From Neodothiora populina (lineage: Eukaryota), in the NCBI RefSeq assembly GCF_041146345.1, contig NW_027191417.1, positions 1,550,001 to 1,614,000 on the forward strand: a stretch of 64,000 bases of DNA, in the 5' to 3' direction. This document shows positions 59,759 to 64,000 of the stretch, piece by piece. The notes below the pieces were generated by a model. It did not search any database. It had not been told where the DNA came from and worked only from the letters and a program-made list of their open reading frames with translations. How positions within the stretch are numbered: the stretch's first letter is position 1; every line of letters begins with the position of its first letter. The translations under genes and the position numbers were made by a program.

Positions 59759-59873
59759 CCCCAGCCGTGCATTGGGCGATGAGCTGGGGTACACCCCTGG
59801 AAGAAAGAAGTTAGCCCCAGGTCTGGCCAAACGCCTATGAGGCTTCGGGGCGGAGGACCACCGTCCCGTGGGG
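59759..59873. promoter_or_regulatory. Cluster of five CreA/Mig1-type SYGGRG sites upstream of the hexose transporter
   Basis: CCCCAG 59759, CTGGGG 59784, CCCCAG 59815, GCGGAG 59850, GTGGGG 59868; short motif, so functional status is inferred. Confidence 0.5.
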
Positions 59874-62778
59874 CACGCGACACAAGACACAAGCTCCCAG
59901 GCCATTTGTGACTCGATCATGTCGTGACCACACATCTTGTTCACTTCACGGTTATGGAGCGTGCTTTTGATTTCCAATTCTTCTCGATATGGACAGCGAA
60001 AGGCTGATAAGGTTGACGGTTTTTCGAGAACAAATTAAGACATTTAGGAAAATGACCACGTAAACTCTGCGTTTCATTATGAGCAGTTACCTTAGCCCTC
60101 TTGGTCGGGATCGATGGCCAGGACCGTGCATTTCTTGTTCTCTCTCTACGCCGACGCCCCCTCCGCCTTGTCTTGCCTGCTTCTCGGAGTAATGCTTCTC
60201 TTCCTCGCTGTTCGGCGTCCCGACAGGTTTGTTCTCTGTCAAGCATTTGGTCAAGATTTATCTTGGCAGAGGTTGTTATGCACGCCACTGCTTCTCTAGG
60301 CTTGAGTGTAGGACAGTCTTAGATTGCCGCCCGTTTGCGCCTGTCGCGTGGTCACATCTGACAAAGAAGCAGGTGAGGTTGGTATGACAGACGGGGTTCT
60401 CTTTCGCCACTACTGACACTGAATCAAGGATGGCGGAGAGGTGCCCCATTTTTTTCGTCAATCCGCACTCAATCTCCACAATCCTTTCCCTCCCTCGCGT
60501 GTTTTCTGATCGAGGGGTCCCCAGGTGGAGTGGGAGAGACAATAAAAAAACGAGATCTTGCCCTACATCCCGTGCTTCAGCATGTGTTCGCGTAGACTGT
60601 TTAGATGGCGTGGCCTTTCCACCCCTTCGAATCACTAGTCGAGTTCACGGACATTATTTAGTGTCGTGGAGAATGGCCATCTCCGCAATAAAAACATTTT
60701 TCATTCGCATACTTTCGAGCGATTCGGGGCCCCATGATTGTTGTCCCGTGGAGACTCACCAACCATGCGGCCAAAGTTTGGATTGTTTCTACGCCTCGCA
60801 CGGCGCTTTCGCGGCGACATTGAAAATATCTTGGGGACTCCGGATTATCGACTGATCTCTGTCTCCACAGATAGGACTCCCCCCTCGCGCCCCTCAGTGA
60901 ATCCTCTGGGGATGCAGACTAAGTGGAGGCATGCTTTGTCGCGACGGCATCCTTCCAATTTTTGCTCCTCCGCTGGTCGCGCGAGTGTCTTGGTTCGCCG
61001 CTGCTTGCCTACGATCATAGGTTTTTGAATGATTGTTGCAGCGAAATGGGTCCGTGCGCCCCACTACTGTCATACTATTGCAACACTGGGTCAAGCAGGC
61101 TCTGCGATCATACGGTAAACCTATACTTCGCATCGCTCGCCAAAATTGGCCCTTCGTTCCACGTGCCGGTGTGTGGGTTTCCCCGTGGAGGAGGTTAACC
61201 TCGTGGAGGGATGTCATGACATTGCGGACCAAAAGACAAGGACGTTCGCTCGGTGAACCTTGGACCAAGTTCGGATGTACCTGACGGTTTAGGAGAACCC
61301 ATGGGGTTCACATTGCCGGCGGTGTCGAGTCCCTCGCAAGAGGCTCTTCAATGCCTGAGATTATCATGTGAGTCTGCATGCGACTCCACATCGTACTATA
61401 CTAGCTCCCGCGCAACGACGCGACCTCGTTCCGAGTTCTTCTCGCAGTCTGGTTCCGACAGACCGCTTCAATACCACCACATCTGGGGGTGGCATCACAC
61501 AGCGCACGTTATGAGCCGATGTAGTTTATGTTCCCCAGTTTGGTGGGGTTGTCCTGTTTTCTTTTCCCATGGGGCAACTATAGGCAGAGTTGTTGGGGCA
61601 TTGATACCTTGCCTTAAGATATCTCGCCATGTAATTGTGGGGCTTTTGGTTCTCTTTACCGCATGCTGCTCCCGCATATTGTTTTCGGAAGTGGGACGCA
61701 GTAGCAGTAGCAGCAAATCCACGTGGGATCGGAGAAGTATATCGTAGATTGCAAAGCAAGGTATATGTCGGCATCAGAAGGCCCATCGATGGGAGACAAA
61801 ATCCCCATGCTTTCACTTGGCTGGAGTAGGGGGGCCCATGGGTTTGTCTGCGCTACTGAGGCACTGTGGTTGTGATAACATCGTGTGCTTGGGCGCTATA
61901 GTAGCATCTGTGGACCCGGATTGGTTCGTTTTTGAGTCATGCTGACACGATCAGGACGGTGCATGACGCTGATTCATGGATGACAAGCTGTGCTACAGTA
62001 CTGTACCTACAAGTACTATACAGTATACATGAAAGATGAATGGGACCATACCGTATCTCGCAAGATGATTGTACAGTACGCGATGGAACACCCGGTCAAT
62101 GAGTAGATCTTGCCGTAGACGACCATCTGGCTCGGAAAAATTGTGGTTTATTATTACAATGGAAAATACTCGATAGCTCAAGTATGGAGTGCCTTTCGTG
62201 CCGTACAGGAGTCGTTGGCAGCGATGTGCTCTGGGCATTGACCTAATCCTGTTCCAGGCTAGGTACTGTATGTATGCTGTAGTTTAATCACCATACTGCT
62301 CGTGCTCATTTGCCAGGTCTTCGACTACACCAGGTCTGGACACCCCATGTCGTCAATCCATCACCCAGCTAAGCTTTCGATTGCGAATGTGAATTGTACC
62401 CAAAATGAACCTCCGATTGGAAAGGCACAATAGATGCATCATCATAGAGTGCAAGTCCACGCTTTGGACAGGGTTGCTCCAGTGCCAGAATGCGAGTTTG
62501 CGGCGATAAGATAAGATGTAGATTGTTTGCAGCGTTTGTTTTTATTATTGACTTCCACGTCGTCCTTCTTCCCCGACTCCTATACTTGGCCTGATTAGGT
62601 ATAGATATAATATACACAGAACATCATTGACCCTTTTTCAAATCGCGAATCTCTCATTGATCGATAGTAGCTGCATTGAAAGTCCGAGATTGCAGAAGAA
62701 GTTGCATCGGATCAAGTCACTGAAGGTTGACACATACACCACCTCCAGCACCTTCCCCTCCCCGGTACACAACCAAAG

Positions 62779-63763
62779 ATGGATCCCTACTCGGCAGAAG
62801 GAGGTTAGTAGAGATCAGGAAAAGAAACAAACGACATATATAAAGACAGCAAATCTGAGACAAGAATACTGACTTGCCCCCCTTGAAGAGCTGGTCAACA
62901 TCCACACAGCCTTCCACCAGTCACAATACCAAGAAGTGATCGACTTTGACACATCATCCTTCAGCGCCGACAACGACCTCGCCGTGCGCATTCTCCAATT
63001 GCGTGCACAACTCGCTCTCCAACAGTACAGTGAAGTGTTATCGTCCGTCTCAGCGTCCGAGGCAAAGTCCACTCCCGATCTGGCCGCCGTGCGCGCATTG
63101 GCCGAGTATCTTTCTCCAGAAGAAGACAGCAGCGCCGCCCTATCCGCAGCCGAGACGCTGTCGGAATCACACAGCGACAATCTGAGCGTGCAACTGCTGT
63201 GCGGAACCCTTCTGGCAGCAGCCTCAGAGCCCGAAAAGGCGCTGGCTCTGCTCGCGCACCACGATGGATCCCTCGACGCCGTCGCCCTGATCATCCAGAT
63301 CCACCTCTCGCAGAACCGGCCCGACCTAGCCGCAAAGGAAGCCCGCGGCGCGCGCTCATTCGCCCAAGACGCCCTGCTCGTCAATCTGGCCGAGAGCTGG
63401 ATCGGCATGCGCGAGGGCGGCGAGCAGAAATACCAGCAGGCGTTTTATGTGTTCGAGGAACTGGCGCAGTCGCCCTCGCAGACGAGCGTGGCCAGTCTGG
63501 TGTCTCAGGCCGTGTCGGAGCTGCATCTCGGTCGTTACCCCGAGGCTGAGGTCGCGCTGCAGACGGCGTTGGAGAAGGAACCCAAGAACCAGGATGCGCT
63601 GGCTAATGCGCTTGTTCTCTACAGCATTCTTGGTGACGAGGCCAAGTGCGAGGAGATCAGGACAAAGCTGGACCCGGAGACGGAGGTGTCGAGGGGCTTG
63701 GTGGAGAAGAAGCAGGCTTTTGAGCTCGCGCGCGGTAAATACATGCCTAAGTTCGAGGTTTAG
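62779..63763 (+). CDS. SEC28: Coatomer subunit epsilon (COPI); 2 exons
   Basis: MDPYSAEGELVNIHTAFHQSQYQEVIDFD..., HDGSLDAVALIIQIHLSQNRPDLA.KE, QDALLVNLAESWIGMREGG.KYQQAFYVFEELAQ, QAVSELHLGRYPEAE; intron 62804-62888. Confidence 0.93.
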
Positions 63764-64000
63764 CTTGTTTGAAGGGAGCAGAACGAAAAAGAATGGACGA
63801 CAACAACAGTCAAAGATTGAAAGAATGAAGATGAACCACCTGCCTATCAACCCGACTTTACATGTGGCGTGATATTCTATACGCAATTTGATTTGTAAAA
63901 ATGGATCAATGTTGCTGCAAATGCAAGGTATACATCGACCAAGACAAGGACGAATCGAGAAGGAAGGTGGGGTAAGTGTCGATGCAGACAGATGCAGACA

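Overview
Eukaryotic, intron-containing DNA from a filamentous ascomycete (Pezizomycotina-type GT-AG introns of about 45-170 nt with CTRAY branch sites); I cannot assign the species. I assembled 18 intact protein-coding genes by hand: glutathione peroxidase, flavin amine oxidase, RIB3, a secreted Ser/Thr/Pro-rich protein, an F-box/WD40-like protein, a velvet regulator (vosA-like), complex I subunit NDUFA1/MWFE, MYST acetyltransferase SAS3, BRAP2/ETP1 ubiquitin ligase, a 3-unit polyubiquitin, a LaeA-like methyltransferase, a cytochrome P450, a homocysteine S-methyltransferase, a DUF3431 protein, two small hydrophilic stress-type proteins, the SNARE USE1, an MstA-like hexose transporter and coatomer epsilon. 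There are also two tRNA genes (Arg-ACG with intron, Ala-TGC), a decayed SRPK-like kinase and a small six-cysteine secreted-protein reading frame broken by one stop codon. No transposon, CRISPR array or rRNA was recognised. No single spectacular new system is demonstrable from sequence alone. The best leads are: (1) a methyl-handling trio (methyltransferase/P450 divergent pair plus an intronless bacterial-type homocysteine methyltransferase beside a tRNA); (2) the interrupted 6-Cys secreted peptide that the ORF track misses; (3) a shared 12-bp element upstream of adjacent UBI4 and ETP1; (4) a tandem pair of hydrophilins with shared CRE/STRE motifs; (5) a long-range stem in an oversized NDUFA1 intron; (6) a recurrent non-coding TACWGTA motif. 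All family assignments are from motif recognition, not database searches.
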